Part shown: in pieces, positions 63,433 through 64,000 of the stretch
How positions within the stretch are numbered: position 1 is the stretch's first letter
Layout: every line of letters begins with the position of its first letter
Assembly: GCA_028534125.1 (NCBI GenBank)
Contig: CM052817.1
Coordinates: 28,832,001 to 28,896,000 of the forward strand
Length of the DNA: 64,000 nucleotides
Direction: 5' to 3'
From: Lama glama
Lineage: Eukaryota
Notes under the pieces: model-generated
What the model was told of the DNA's origin: nothing
The model's input: the letters and a program-made list of their open reading frames with translations, nothing else
Database searches by the model: none
Made by a program: the position numbers and the translations under genes

Positions 63433-64000
63433 GTCTGTCTTCTGTGTCTATCTGTGTGCACGCTTACACATGCATGCAAGGGGTAAAAGAGTGATGATAC
63501 TTCACAATGGATAAACTGGTTAAGAGTCAAAATCCCATGTTCTTCACACTTTAGTGTAAAATATCCTCTGTGAGATAGCACAGGATAGCACAAAGGATAT
63601 TAGCTATCTAATGTGACTAAAGCACCATATTAAGCTAGGTAATGGAATTACGTATTATTGCCATGTAACATTACATTAATTTTTATGTTGCTAATTTTTA
63701 AATTTTAATCAATTCTACTATATGACCATCACACACACACTGTGGAAATCTAGCAATTACACAGAACTTGGCTTTTTTTTTTCTGTTCAGAATATGAAGG
63801 CCTTTATTTTAACATTGGGTAATATTCCAAGAAAACTCATAGCCAGTCACAAAGCCTCCTCCCCACCCCCCATTTTAGCCTGACAAAATCCTGAGACTTA
63901 GATTTTAGATGTTCAAAGTCTAAAATTTTTACTAGCTCATTTTGTAATTCCCTGACGGAGCTAGGTATTTCCTCTTCAATTAAATAAAAACTATTGTAAT

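Overview
AT-rich mammalian DNA, most likely camelid. That assignment is inferred from three copies of a tRNA-derived SINE resembling the camelid Vic-1 family and from young camelid-type L1 3' ends. I found no protein-coding gene I can recognise. The computed ORFs are L1 ORF2 remnants, N-gap artefacts or short chance frames, so the window looks intronic or intergenic. A large part of it is transposable-element sequence: young L1 and SINE insertions with visible target-site duplications (TSDs), old L1M, L2 and MIR fragments, MaLR/ERVL solo LTRs, and the hAT elements MER20 and MER58A. There are three assembly gaps (500, 500 and 100 N). Repeat subfamily names come from remembered consensus sequences and need RepeatMasker/Dfam confirmation; boundaries of old repeats are approximate. 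I do not see a new biological system. The best leads are (1) an exact 15-bp copy of sequence from 604 bp upstream lodged inside a (TG)n/(TA)n microsatellite, (2) an L1 whose 5'UTR is joined directly to the RT region, (3) a young L1 inserted at the junction of two AT-rich palindromes, (4) a TSD-flanked but 3'-truncated L1, and (5) a speculative CCAAT-TATA-ATG-donor first-exon unit near 54.7-55.0 kb.
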